A DNA stretch of 64,000 bases from an uncultured Acidobacteriota bacterium (GTDB lineage: Bacteria > Acidobacteriota > UBA6911 > RPQK01 > JAPXNP01), in NCBI GenBank assembly GCA_963777605.1, contig CAVZRV010000027.1, positions 416,001-480,000 of the forward strand, in the 5' to 3' direction. Of the stretch, positions 8,566 to 18,528 are shown piece by piece. The notes under the pieces are model-generated. The model was given only the letters and a program-made list of their open reading frames with translations. It made no database searches and was not told the DNA's origin. A program made the translations under genes and the position numbers. Position 1 is the first letter of the stretch, and each line of letters starts with the position of its first letter.

Positions 8566-10463
8566 GTGGGTGGTTTTTCGGTCGGAAGTCTGGACGTATC
8601 GTCCCTGGTTTCACAGCTGATGTGGGTTGAACGGGCTCCGGTTCGACAACTGGACTCGCGGATTTCCACCTACCAGAGCAAGATTAGCGCCTATAACAAA
8701 CTGAACTCCAACCTCAGCGAATTGCTATCGAGCCTGAACGACCTCGACGATCCGAGATGCTCTCTCGTCGAAACTGACAACCTCCTCCAGTGAATCAGTT
8801 GTAACAGCAAGCGCTTCCGGGTCTGCTGCAGAGGGAACCTACCAGATTCGAGTCGATCGACTGGCACTGTACGACAACTTCGTGTCGGATGGAAGATTCA
8901 CAACTTCCAGCGAAGCTATCGGCACCGGCTCGTTTGACTTGGTGGTCGGCAGTTCCTCCTACGCCATCACGATCGATTCCTCGAACAACACCCTGGACGG
9001 CCTCCGGAATGCCATCAATGTATCTGGAGCGGCAGTCAACGCGGCGATCGTCAATGACGGGTCGGGATACCGCCTGACTGTCACGAGCGAGGACTCCGGG
9101 TCCGAGAACGCAATTTCAGTGGAGAACAATACGCTCACCCTCTCGGATGGTTCAACGCCGCTGACCCTCTCTCGGACACACGACATCTCCAGCACGAGCG
9201 AACTCGACGCCAGTTTCACCGTCAACGGATTGTCGGCGACCAGTTCCAGCAACCAGGTCAGCGACATCATCGCGGGGGTGACACTTAAGCTGAAAAACGC
9301 CTCCAGTAATACGGCGACGCTGACCGTCTCGAACGATGAGGAAGCCGTCAAGGGAAAGATCGCGTCATTCGTCGAAAGCTACAATGCAGCATACCAGTTC
9401 CTGAATTCGCAGTTCGAAGTCGTTGCTGCAACCGGTAGGGCGGGAGTTCTGGCCGGTGATTCGGTCGCCCGATCGATTCAGTCCCAGCTGGCCGCGGTGG
9501 TCAGTGGGGGAGTCAGCGGTCTGAGCGGAAGCTTGGTGACACTCGGCTCGGTAGGCGTTGAACTGCAGGACGATGGCACGCTGTCCATCAACTCAGCAGT
9601 ACTGGATGACGTCCTCAACAGCAATTTCAGCGATATGGCCGGTCTGTTTGCCACAATGGGCGAAGCGACCAACACACACATTTCGTACATTTCGAATTCC
9701 TCAAAGACGAGTGCGGGAACTTACCAGGTAGACATCACCACCGTACCGGAAGCGGCCACAGTGACTGCGCCAAACGCTATCGCTACGACCCTTGGAGTAG
9801 ACGAAGTCCTCACCTTCACCATGGGAGACCTGAACTCCCAGGTGACCTTGACGAGCGACCTGACGCTGGAAGAGGTAGTTCAAGCTATCAACTCACAACT
9901 GGAGGCCGACGACCTGGCGCTTTACCGCCACGCAATCCGGCACAAGTCTGGTTCTGACATCCGATCACATGGGAGACGATTTTTCCTTTACCGTGTCTTC
10001 GAACGTTGACGGCACAGGAACGGGCATCGGGTCCGCCGGGCTTTCCGACAGTGGCGTCTCGGTTGCGGGGAGCTTCACAGACACGACGACGGGCACAGTC
10101 TACGAGGCAGCGGGAAATGGCAAAACGCTGACAGGGACTTCGGGAAGTGCCGAAGGCCTCAAAATCCAGTTCAGCGGAACGTCCACGGGCACATATGGCG
10201 AAGTCAATCTGACTCTCGGATTCGCGGCCCGGCTTTCTCGTCTCGCGACCACCTTAACGGATTCGCTCGAGGGCCCGATCCATACGGCCATCGAAGGGTA
10301 CAAAACCAACATTCAATCCATCAACGATGACATCGAAAGCATCGAACTTCGCCTGACGCAACGCGAAAGTTACCTGACCGATCAATTTACCCGGGCCAAC
10401 CAGGCCCTCCAACAACTCTCGTACCTCCAGTCCTCGTTGAGCTCTCAACTCAACTCGCTCTAG
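8566..10463 (+). CDS. fliD: Flagellar filament cap protein (split in three ORFs by frameshifts near 8760-8790 and ~9925)
   Basis: N-term GSLDVSSLVSQLM.VERAP; middle NNTLDGLRNAIN...SSSNQVSDIIAGVTLKL...FVESYN; C-term RESYLTDQFTRANQALQQL. Confidence 0.9.
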
Positions 10464-10479
10464 TAGAAAGGAACTCTAG

Positions 10480-10956
10480 ATGGCGCTCGGACAGAACTTC
10501 ACCAGCCAATACCGATCGATGGAAGTAAATGCGGCGGATCCACTGGAGCTCGTCATTTTGCTTTACAAGGGCGCTATTAAAGAGGTTCGCCTGGCGCAGA
10601 AGTATCTCGGAAGCGGCGACACCGGACCGCGTGTTAGCTCGATCAACAAGACCATCGCCATCATCGGAGAACTTCAGGCGAGTCTCGACGCGAAGAAAGG
10701 GGGCCAGATAGCCAGGTCACTGGACCGCCTTTATACGTACATGATTCGCAGGCTGACCACGGCGAACGTGCAACGTAGCACGGAACCTCTGGATGATGTC
10801 GCCCGGCTGCTCGAGAACCTGCTGTCCGGATGGGAGGGTGCCCAGGCCAAGCAGCAGGAGGAAAAACCGATTGGCCGACGTCCCAATATCCCGAACGGGC
10901 CCCACGACCACCTCACACCTGGCCATGGTGGGGACTCGGTATCGTTTTCCTATTGA
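10480..10956 (+). CDS. fliS: Flagellin export chaperone
   Basis: AADPLELVILLYKGAI...IIGELQASLD...GGQIARSLDRLYTYM...LLSGWE. Confidence 0.95.
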   Translation: MALGQNFTSQYRSMEVNAADPLELVILLYKGAIKEVRLAQKYLGSGDTGPRVSSINKTIAIIGELQASLDAKKGGQIARSLDRLYTYMIRRLTTANVQRSTEPLDDVARLLENLLSGWEGAQAKQQEEKPIGRRPNIPNGPHDHLTPGHGGDSVSFSY

Positions 10957-10962
10957 TCCGCT

Positions 10963-11310
10963 ATGATACAGGACTATCAGAAGTTACCGGAATTGCTTCA
11001 TCGTCAGCGGACAGCGTTGGCCGAGAACGACGCAACAGTTCTCGAGTCGATCAACCGTGAAATCGGTGACCTATCTAACCGCATTGTCAACCACAGTCTC
11101 GCCTTGGGGCGGCTGGAGGGAGAGACAAAAGCCCAACTGAGAGCGCTGATCGAACAGGCACAACTGGCGGTCAGCCAGAACCTCCAGCTCTGGCAGGAGG
11201 CGATGGCCCAGATTCAAGGAGCCCGCAGTCAACTGCAGTCCACTCGCCGTTTCTACAACAGCCTCCAAAATCAGTCCAAAACCGGCATCCGATACTCCAA
11301 AACGGGCTGA
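10963..11310 (+). CDS. Helical protein, FliT/FlgN-like chaperone candidate
   Basis: Position after fliS, 115 aa, amphipathic helical composition; no definitive motif. Confidence 0.55.
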   Translation: MIQDYQKLPELLHRQRTALAENDATVLESINREIGDLSNRIVNHSLALGRLEGETKAQLRALIEQAQLAVSQNLQLWQEAMAQIQGARSQLQSTRRFYNSLQNQSKTGIRYSKTG

Positions 11311-11460
11311 AGGCGGCGCTCCGTAGAGCGACCTCCCCTGGAAGTTGCGAAAGGTCCCGCAAGCAGATGCTTAATTACCAACCCCTTCCACACAATCCAA
11401 TCCCGTCGAGAACTCCCGCACCCCGACCCTTCATCGCCAACATCAGTAGACCCGGCACGC

Positions 11461-11474
11461 GTCAAACCTCTGAC
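11461..11474. promoter_or_regulatory. Candidate enhancer (FleQ-box-like GTCA-N6-TGAC)
   Basis: GTCAAACCTCTGAC about 125 bp upstream of a sigma-54 motif. Confidence 0.5.
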
Positions 11475-11597
11475 GCTTTCCCACGAACACCCTCCAGATA
11501 ACCACTTCGCCTAACTTTCCACCAAAACCTCTGCAAAAGAATCACTTACGGTCAAATCCGCAGGAACTGCGTCCATTTCGAAGAAGAATCAAGACAC

Positions 11598-11613
11598 TGG
11601 CATGGTTTATGCT
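11598..11613 (+). promoter_or_regulatory. Sigma-54 promoter of the glycosylation operon
   Basis: TGGCATGGTTTATGCT (GG-N10-GC). Confidence 0.7.
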
Positions 11614-11636
11614 TTATGCTTCCATTGAGGCAGACT

Positions 11637-12011
11637 ATGGAGAATCGACAGCAGATTATGCAGGAAGCCATCAACCAGGCCTACCAGCACGCCGGAGAAC
11701 TGCGTTCCATGTGTGCCCAGGCGGGCGACCAGTTCCGCGCCGGCCAGAACGACGACGGAATGGCGAGCCTCCGCCACGTTCTGAACGGCGTCGGCTGCAT
11801 CGCCCAGGCCATTCACGTCACAGTGCCCCTGCAGAAATCGAAAGGGATCGAATTAGATCTGACCGCGCTCCCCGGAATGCTGGAACCCCTCGTCGAAGCG
11901 TTGGAGAATCGCGACTTCGTCCTGCTGGGCGAGCTGGTCACGTATGAGATGGAGCCAATCCTCGAAGGATGGCATCAGAAACTGGCGGAACTGAGCAGGG
12001 AAGAGGCCTGA
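11637..12011 (+). CDS. Conserved-type helical protein of flagellar glycosylation loci
   Basis: GAGG RBS; C-terminal LVEALENRDFVLLGELVTYEMEP motif resembles proteins/domains usually neighbouring Maf. Confidence 0.7.
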   Translation: MENRQQIMQEAINQAYQHAGELRSMCAQAGDQFRAGQNDDGMASLRHVLNGVGCIAQAIHVTVPLQKSKGIELDLTALPGMLEPLVEALENRDFVLLGELVTYEMEPILEGWHQKLAELSREEA

Positions 12012-12118
12012 CTGAATCAATTCCTCGGCAGTACTCCCGAGAGAGGTGGCAGGATTTCAGTCGAGAGGCTTCTCCGTTCCCGGAGACCGAGGCAGTACTG
12101 AAGGAGAACATCGAGCAG

Positions 12119-13176
12119 GTGCAATCAGCCCTTGAAGGCAAGACGATCCTGATCACCGGAGGAACCGGTTCCTTCGGCCGTGAATTCGTCCAGAAGGCGC
12201 TCACCGAATACCGTCCCAAGCGGCTGATCGTGTTTAGTCGCGACGAACTCAAGCAGCACGAAATGCGGGCTGGATACACCGACTCACGGTTGACGTTCTT
12301 CATCGGGGACGTTCGAGATCGTGACCGGCTTCACCGGGCGTTTCAGGCCGATGTAGACGTGGTAATTCATGCGGCGGCACTGAAGCAGGTTCCGGCGTGT
12401 GAGTACAACCCTTTTGAAGCAGTCAAGACAAACGTCCTCGGGGCGCAGAACATTATTGACGCGGCGATCGACTGTGAAGTTCCGCGAGTGATTGCTCTCA
12501 GCACCGACAAAGCGGTCAACCCGGCAAACATTTACGGGGCGAGCAAGCTTTGTGCCGAGAAACTCTTTATCCATGGCAATTCCTACGCCGGAGATCGGGT
12601 CACGCGGTTGTGCTGTGTGCGGTATGGCAACGTCCTGGGCAGCCGCGGCAGCGCCCTTCCCGTCTTTCTGAGACAAAAACGGGCGGGAACGATAACCGTG
12701 ACCGACCGCCGGATGACTCGCTTCTGGATCCGCCTCGACCACGCGGTGGAATTTGTGATCAGCTGCATCAACCTCATGCGGGGGGAGAGGTCTTCGTCCC
12801 CAAGATTCCCAGCATGTCGGTCCTCGAACTGGCTAAGATCCTGGCTCCCGATTGCTCCGTCCGGTTCACCGGGATTCGCCCGGGCGAAAAGCTCCACGAG
12901 GTCCTGGTGTCACCCGAGGAGGCCCGCCATACCATCGAGTTGCCCGATCGGTACGTCATCCTGCCTGAGAACCCTTCCTGGCGGATCAGCGAACACTGGA
13001 AAGGAGATGCCCTTCCGGAGCAATTCTCCTTCAACAGCGACCAGAACAGCCTGCGTCTGACGCCTCAACAATTGCTCGACTGCCTGGAGTCGGGAACCGG
13101 CACCTGGCATCATCCGCCTGAATCTGATCAAGATGAAACTCAAGACGTCGATACCTTACAGCCGGCAGTGGATTGA
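12119..13176 (+). CDS. pseB: UDP-GlcNAc 4,6-dehydratase (inverting); frameshift at G-run 12780-12785
   Basis: ITGGTGSFG, SRDELKQ, HAAALKQVPACEYNP, STDKAVNP.N.YGASK, RYGNVLGSRGS; continues GGEVFVPKIPS...GIRPGEKLHE in another frame. Confidence 0.93.
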
Positions 13177-14284
13177 AGAGGACGACGTCGAGGCCGTCTC
13201 CGTAGTGCTCAGGTCTGCCTTCTTGACCACGGGCCCCAAAGTGGATGAATTCGAGTCGGCAATCGCCCGCTTCGTCGGCACGCGAGAGGCCGTCGCCGTC
13301 AGTAGCGGGACCGCGGCGCTCCACACCGCAATGGCCTGCCTCGGGTTGAAAGCGGGGGATGAAGTCATCGTCCCCTGCATGACCTTTGTCGCTACCGCAA
13401 ATGCCGCCGTCTACTGTGGTGCCACGCCCGTCTTCGCCGATGTCGATCCCGAAACGCTGTTGGTCCATCCGCAGAGTGTCGAACGGTTGATCACTGCCAA
13501 GACCCGAGTGATTGTCGGGGTGGACTACGCTGGTCAACCCTGCGACTACCCGGCACTGCGCGAGTTGGCCCGATCCGCCGGCGTCACCCTGATGGCCGAT
13601 GCCTGCCATGCCCTCGGGGCCGCAGACGGCACTCAGAAGGTTGGCTCCCTGGCGGACGCCACCGTCTTCAGCTTCCATCCTGTCAAGCCGATTACCACAG
13701 GCGAAGGTGGCATGATCACGACAGATAACACCGCCCTGGCCGATCGGATGAGGGCATTCCGGAACCACGGCATCGACCGGGACTTCAAGCACCGCAACGA
13801 GACGGGTTCCTGGGCGTACGAGATGGTGAACATCGGCTTCAATTACCGGCTGTCCGACATCCACTGCGCCCTGGGCCTCAGCCAGTTGGCGAAGTGCGAA
13901 AGCCGGAGACAGCGACGAGAGGAAATTGCCTGCCGTTATCAGGCGGCATTTGAAAGGATAGAGGGCGTCCGGCGCCTTTCCACAAGACCTGGAACCACCC
14001 ACGCCTGGCACCTCTTCATCGTCCGGGTAGACTTCAAGACTCTCGGTAGAACACGGCAGCAGGTGTTTTCATCTTTGCGGGAACGTGGAATCGGCGTCAA
14101 CGTGCACTACCTGCCGGTACATCTCCACGAGTACTACCGAAAACAGTGGGGTACCGGCCCAAGCCTCTGCCCGACGGCGGAGGCAGCATACGAGGAACTC
14201 CTGTCACTCCCCATCCACGCCGCAATGACCGACGCCGAGGTGGAACAAGTCGTTAAAACGTTCAAAGAGGTCCTCGGGCAATGA
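13133..14284 (+). CDS. pseC: PLP-dependent C4 aminotransferase (DegT family)
   Basis: IPYSRQWIEEDD, LTTGPKV, DACHALGA, FSFHPVKPITTGEGG, GFNYRLSDI, VNVHYLPVH. Confidence 0.93.
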   Translation: MKLKTSIPYSRQWIEEDDVEAVSVVLRSAFLTTGPKVDEFESAIARFVGTREAVAVSSGTAALHTAMACLGLKAGDEVIVPCMTFVATANAAVYCGATPVFADVDPETLLVHPQSVERLITAKTRVIVGVDYAGQPCDYPALRELARSAGVTLMADACHALGAADGTQKVGSLADATVFSFHPVKPITTGEGGMITTDNTALADRMRAFRNHGIDRDFKHRNETGSWAYEMVNIGFNYRLSDIHCALGLSQLAKCESRRQRREEIACRYQAAFERIEGVRRLSTRPGTTHAWHLFIVRVDFKTLGRTRQQVFSSLRERGIGVNVHYLPVHLHEYYRKQWGTGPSLCPTAEAAYEELLSLPIHAAMTDAEVEQVVKTFKEVLGQ

Positions 14285-14398
14285 AGTCGCTCGCCGAGGT
14301 GATCAAAGAGGGAAACGAAATTCGGGCCGGTGGGATACCAGTCAACGAGTCATTTCTCTTGCGACTGCCTCACTTGAAACTTCAATCGGGCTGTGTCA

Positions 14399-14428
14399 AG
14401 TTCCTGGTTCCTGGTTCCTGGTTCCTGG
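14399..14428 (+). repeat. Heptamer tandem repeat (TTCCTGG x4)
   Basis: Directly visible. Confidence 0.85.
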
Positions 14429-14434
14429 TGGAGG

Positions 14435-14486
14435 GTAATCCAGGCAGGCCCTGCCTGGCATGTCTCCCGGGCAGCTTGCCCGGCGA
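14435..14486 (+). repeat. Double-hairpin palindromic element, copy A
   Basis: GTAATCCAGGCAGGCCCTGCCTGG...CCGGGCAGCTTGCCCGGCGA; related inverted copy at 38761-38811. Confidence 0.8.
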
Positions 14487-14697
14487 GTCTCGTTCCTAAG
14501 GCTTCAATTGGAGACTTCGAGTTAAAACGCGAAATCGCGAAGGTCACCAAGGCTATTATTGTTGAAAAAACAGGAATTACTCGCACTCTTGGTGCCTTAG
14601 CGATTGAATACTCGATGCAAGTTTCACACGTTGAACGGTTCAGCACCGCCCGGGGCCGGGCTTACCTGAAATCCCAAACCTCGTCGGATTATCAAAA

Positions 14698-16572
14698 ATG
14701 CCACTGACCGTCGAGACCCTCACGGCGAAAAACGGCCAAACCACACTCCGGCTCCTCCTGGAGGATGGCCGAAAAATCTATCTCCACAGCGCCTACGATC
14801 CCGAACGAGAGGCACGTCAATGGGCCGAGAACGCAAATTTCGGCCCAAACGACGTCGTCGTCCTTTTCGGCTGCGGCGCCGGCCACGCCCTGGGAGCGTT
14901 GCGCCCTCGCCTCGGCAGGGCCAATCACGTCCTGGCCCTCGATCCCCTAGGCGCAAAGATCCCTCCCGGAATTGATCCCCTTAAGAACCATTTGAAGGAT
15001 CCGAGGATCCAGAGGGTCGAGACATTCTCCGAGTTCAGAAGCGCCTACGACCAGATCGAAAACGCCTGCTGGAAGGGCCTTTCCCTGGTCCGACTGTCGA
15101 TTTACGAACAGCTCTTCCCGGAAGCACTCAAGGAACTGGCTCAATGGTTCGGCCGCCAGACAAACACGCTCCAGACGCATCGCGCCACGGTCTTCGCAGC
15201 GGCTCGGCTTTGGCAGAAGAACCTCTTTCAGAACCTGCTCCAGCTACCGAGCTCGGGTACCGTCAGTTCGGCGTTCGGCCAATTCAAGGACAAGCCCGCC
15301 ATAATCGTCTCAGCGGGCCCTTCCCTGACCAAGAATATGCATCTTCTTCGGGAAGCTCGGAATCGGGCCCTCATAATCGCTACGGGCACCGCGGCGCGGC
15401 TACTCGCCCTTGAAGGACTTCCGTACCACGTCGTGATCAGCGTGGACCCCAACCCAGTGAACTGGCCGGCTCACTTCGAAGGCATATCCCACGAAGGGGC
15501 CGTTCTCGCGTACGACATCACGACAACGCCTCGAGTGGTGGCATCGCACCAGGGTCCAAAAGCCGCCTTCTGTTCCCTGCCCGATTGCCGGTGGCTGGAT
15601 CGGTATCTTTCCGCACCCTTGGGCCTGATCAAGACCGGCGGATCGGTTGCCAACATCGCCTTCGACATGGCGGTCCAACTGGGCGCCGACCCGATCATCC
15701 TGATCGGTCAGGACCTCTCCTATTCGGAGGGGTTGATGAATGCGGCGGGAACTTATCATGACCGGCTTGCGCATCGAATTCCTCCCGGATGGTTCGAGAA
15801 ATCGCGGGAGGAACTCGAAGAACTGGTCGCAGCCCGTCCCGGCTTGGCCTATCTCTCAAAAAAGGGGCGAATCGCAGTGCCGGGAATCGCTGGGCAGCCG
15901 GTCTGGACCGACCGGACTCTGTTCGGTTTTCTCTGCTGGTTCGAGGAAGCCATTCGAGACCTTGGAAACGAACACAGAGTGGTCAACGCCACCGAAGGAG
16001 GGGCAGAGATTCAGGGAAGTCTGGTCCGGACGCTCGCAGCAACGCTGGACGAGTTCTGCCCGAGGAGCCTATCGGACGAATTGGCGGGAATCCTCCACAA
16101 ACTCTCTACCCCCGCACGACTCGAGGTGGGTGATCTCGTCGATCACCTGAAGCGCGGTCTAGCGGATACCCACAGCCTGAACGGTGCCTGCCAGAGGGCT
16201 CTGATTCTGGTGGACGAAGGCCGAGACAAAGCACAGGGGAAACTGGACCGGGAGATCCTGGCGAACATTGACAAGTTGAAGAGCCTTCTTCACTTCTCCC
16301 TGGTCCCGACGTTGGTCAGGCTCCAGGAACTGCCGACCAGTGGGTCCCCTGATTGGGCAAAATTGCGCAGGTCGTTCTACGAGCACCTTGAGGAGACCTT
16401 GGGCGAAGACCGAGCCAATATGGAAACAGTGATTGCGGCAATGAGCCGCCGGCAACACAGAGCGTCCGAGCCTGAAGGGCAGTCGCCTAGTGTCGACAAT
16501 AGATGCGAGAATACCGACTCTGCTGATGGGGTGAAATGCGGATTCAATGACGACTTCGAAACACATTCGTGA
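14698..16572 (+). CDS. Maf-family flagellin nonulosonyl-transferase (DUF115/MAF_flag10)
   Basis: YLHSAYDPEREA N-term; PAIIVSAGPSLTKN...GGSVANIAFDMAVQLGADPIILIGQDLSY...VNATEGGAEI. Confidence 0.92.
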   Translation: MPLTVETLTAKNGQTTLRLLLEDGRKIYLHSAYDPEREARQWAENANFGPNDVVVLFGCGAGHALGALRPRLGRANHVLALDPLGAKIPPGIDPLKNHLKDPRIQRVETFSEFRSAYDQIENACWKGLSLVRLSIYEQLFPEALKELAQWFGRQTNTLQTHRATVFAAARLWQKNLFQNLLQLPSSGTVSSAFGQFKDKPAIIVSAGPSLTKNMHLLREARNRALIIATGTAARLLALEGLPYHVVISVDPNPVNWPAHFEGISHEGAVLAYDITTTPRVVASHQGPKAAFCSLPDCRWLDRYLSAPLGLIKTGGSVANIAFDMAVQLGADPIILIGQDLSYSEGLMNAAGTYHDRLAHRIPPGWFEKSREELEELVAARPGLAYLSKKGRIAVPGIAGQPVWTDRTLFGFLCWFEEAIRDLGNEHRVVNATEGGAEIQGSLVRTLAATLDEFCPRSLSDELAGILHKLSTPARLEVGDLVDHLKRGLADTHSLNGACQRALILVDEGRDKAQGKLDREILANIDKLKSLLHFSLVPTLVRLQELPTSGSPDWAKLRRSFYEHLEETLGEDRANMETVIAAMSRRQHRASEPEGQSPSVDNRCENTDSADGVKCGFNDDFETHS

Positions 16573-17338
16573 GTTATTTGACCTGACGGACCAAGTCGCA
16601 ATCGTGACGGGGGGAGCAGGAAAAGGTTACGGCCGTCAATGCGTTGAGGCACTGGCTGAAGCAGGGGCAACCGTCATTCTGACATCCCGCCAAGAAGACA
16701 AAGCAACCGCAGCCGCAGCGGATTTCGCTGCCGCCGGCCTGAACGTTGAAGGGGCTGTCCTCGAACTCGCGCATCCGGAATCGATCGACCGCTTGGTCCA
16801 GCAGACAGCGGACCGCCACGGTCGGATCGACATCCTCGTCAACAACGCAGTAAGCAATATCATGGCTTCAGTGGAAGAGATGACGGTGGACCAATGGAAT
16901 GGGATCTTGGCGGTAAACCTCACCGGCCCAATGCTGATTTCCCGAAGAGTAGCCGCTGTAATGCGGGAGGCCGGCTCCGGATCAATCGTCAACATCTCCA
17001 GCATCTACGGCATGGTTGCTCCTGATCCATCGATCTACGGGTCCTCCGGCCTGAACAGCCCCCTCTCCTACGGGGTGAGCAAAGCGGGCCTACTTCAGAT
17101 GACTCGATACCTGGCCGTTCACTGGGCCCCAAAGATCCGGGTCAACAGCATCACCGCCGGAGGCCTCTTCGCCGGCCAGGATCCAACATTCTTCGAACGC
17201 TATTGCGCCCGGACCCCCCTACAGAGAATGGGCGATTCGGACGATTTAAAGGGAGCGGTCGTCTATCTCGCGGCGGACGCGTCGAGATGGGTCACCGGAC
17301 AGAACTTGGTCGTCGACGGCGGCTGGACAATCTGGTAG
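16547..17338 (+). CDS. SDR oxidoreductase (PtmA-like, typical of nonulosonate loci)
   Basis: TGGAGKGYG, LVNNA, SSIYGMVAPDPSIY, YGVSKAG, VTGQNLVVDGGWT. Confidence 0.88.
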   Translation: MTTSKHIRELFDLTDQVAIVTGGAGKGYGRQCVEALAEAGATVILTSRQEDKATAAAADFAAAGLNVEGAVLELAHPESIDRLVQQTADRHGRIDILVNNAVSNIMASVEEMTVDQWNGILAVNLTGPMLISRRVAAVMREAGSGSIVNISSIYGMVAPDPSIYGSSGLNSPLSYGVSKAGLLQMTRYLAVHWAPKIRVNSITAGGLFAGQDPTFFERYCARTPLQRMGDSDDLKGAVVYLAADASRWVTGQNLVVDGGWTIW

Positions 17339-17490
17339 ATTTCGCCTCCGGCCGTCGGATGGCGAATTGGGCAGGTCACGAGCACCCGTAAGTGACGGGG
17401 CGAAGCGATCCCCGGCCTGTGCCTGATCCCGGTGAAAGACAAGTTTCAATTTCTAAATGATACGGGCCGGGCGGCGGGAGCGGGGCTAAC

Positions 17491-18393
17491 ATGGAATATC
17501 GGAAATTCGGCCGGCTGGGTTGGGAGGTTTCGGCCGTCAGCCTGGGAACGGTTCAACTCGGTATGCCTTACGGTTTCACTTACGAAGGTGAAGCAGAGGT
17601 CCCTTCGAGACGGGATGGGATCCGGCTCCTCCTCGACGCCTTTGAATCCGGAATCAACCTGGTCGATACCGCCCCGACCTACGGCGCAGCCGAAGAGATC
17701 GCCGGCGAAGCCCTACGCCAGTGGAAGGGATCAAAGATCTTCGTCGCCACAAAGATTCCTACCTGGGGCAATGACCTGGCAATCTCAGTCGAACAGAGCC
17801 TTCGCAAGCTGGGTCGAGAGTCGGTTGATTTACTCCAAATCTACAGCCATTCGGACGATTGGAATGCTGTTCTTCGCAGCCTCGAGATAGCTCTTAATTG
17901 CCAAGATACAGGAAAAATTCGGGCTATCGGCATTTCCATTTATGACGAGGCCATCGCCCTAAAGGCTCTTGAACTGGAGGAGATCCAGGCAATCCAGCTT
18001 CCGTTCAACATGCTTGATCAGCGCATGGCAATTAAGGTCCTGCCTGCGGCGGCAAGAAATCTGGTAGGAGTGTTGGGCCGGTCAACGCTGCTCAAGGGTG
18101 TATTGACCGACCGCCGGCAACTGATGCCGAGTCAATTCGGCAGTCTGGTCGAAATGGCCGATCGACTAGCTGTTCGACTTCGCGAAGTGGGTCTAGGATT
18201 GCCCGCCGGGGCTCTTCGCTTCGCTGTTTCGAACAAGGGTCTCACGAGCGTCCTCATCGGGGCCAGGAATCGAACGGAATTGAATGCTGCCATAGGGGCC
18301 CTGGAATCAAGGGTCGACCTGGATTGGTCCGTACTGCAGGAGGGTTTCTCTCAGCCCAACTCATCAGTTGATCCTCGAACTTGGCCCGCTTGA
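17491..18393 (+). CDS. Aldo/keto reductase
   Basis: LGTVQLGMPYG, GINLVDTAPTYG.AEE, ATK, GKIRAIGISIY, QLPFNMLDQR. Confidence 0.92.
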   Translation: MEYRKFGRLGWEVSAVSLGTVQLGMPYGFTYEGEAEVPSRRDGIRLLLDAFESGINLVDTAPTYGAAEEIAGEALRQWKGSKIFVATKIPTWGNDLAISVEQSLRKLGRESVDLLQIYSHSDDWNAVLRSLEIALNCQDTGKIRAIGISIYDEAIALKALELEEIQAIQLPFNMLDQRMAIKVLPAAARNLVGVLGRSTLLKGVLTDRRQLMPSQFGSLVEMADRLAVRLREVGLGLPAGALRFAVSNKGLTSVLIGARNRTELNAAIGALESRVDLDWSVLQEGFSQPNSSVDPRTWPA

Positions 18394-18528
18394 TCCGGAA
18401 TTGGCTCTCAAGGGATTTCCCATCACGAATTTGGCCGACTAATCTTCCTCGCATTCGGTAACTTGTTGTGGGGAAGGAGCATCCAAAATGGATGCCCTCC
18501 CAATTTTCCGGAAGATCACTGTGCTGCA

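Noticed and set aside
12780-12785. G6 run in pseB as a Campylobacter-style phase-variable tract
   Set aside because: The in-frame length would be only G7, short for contingency loci, and similar indels occur in core genes such as flhA.
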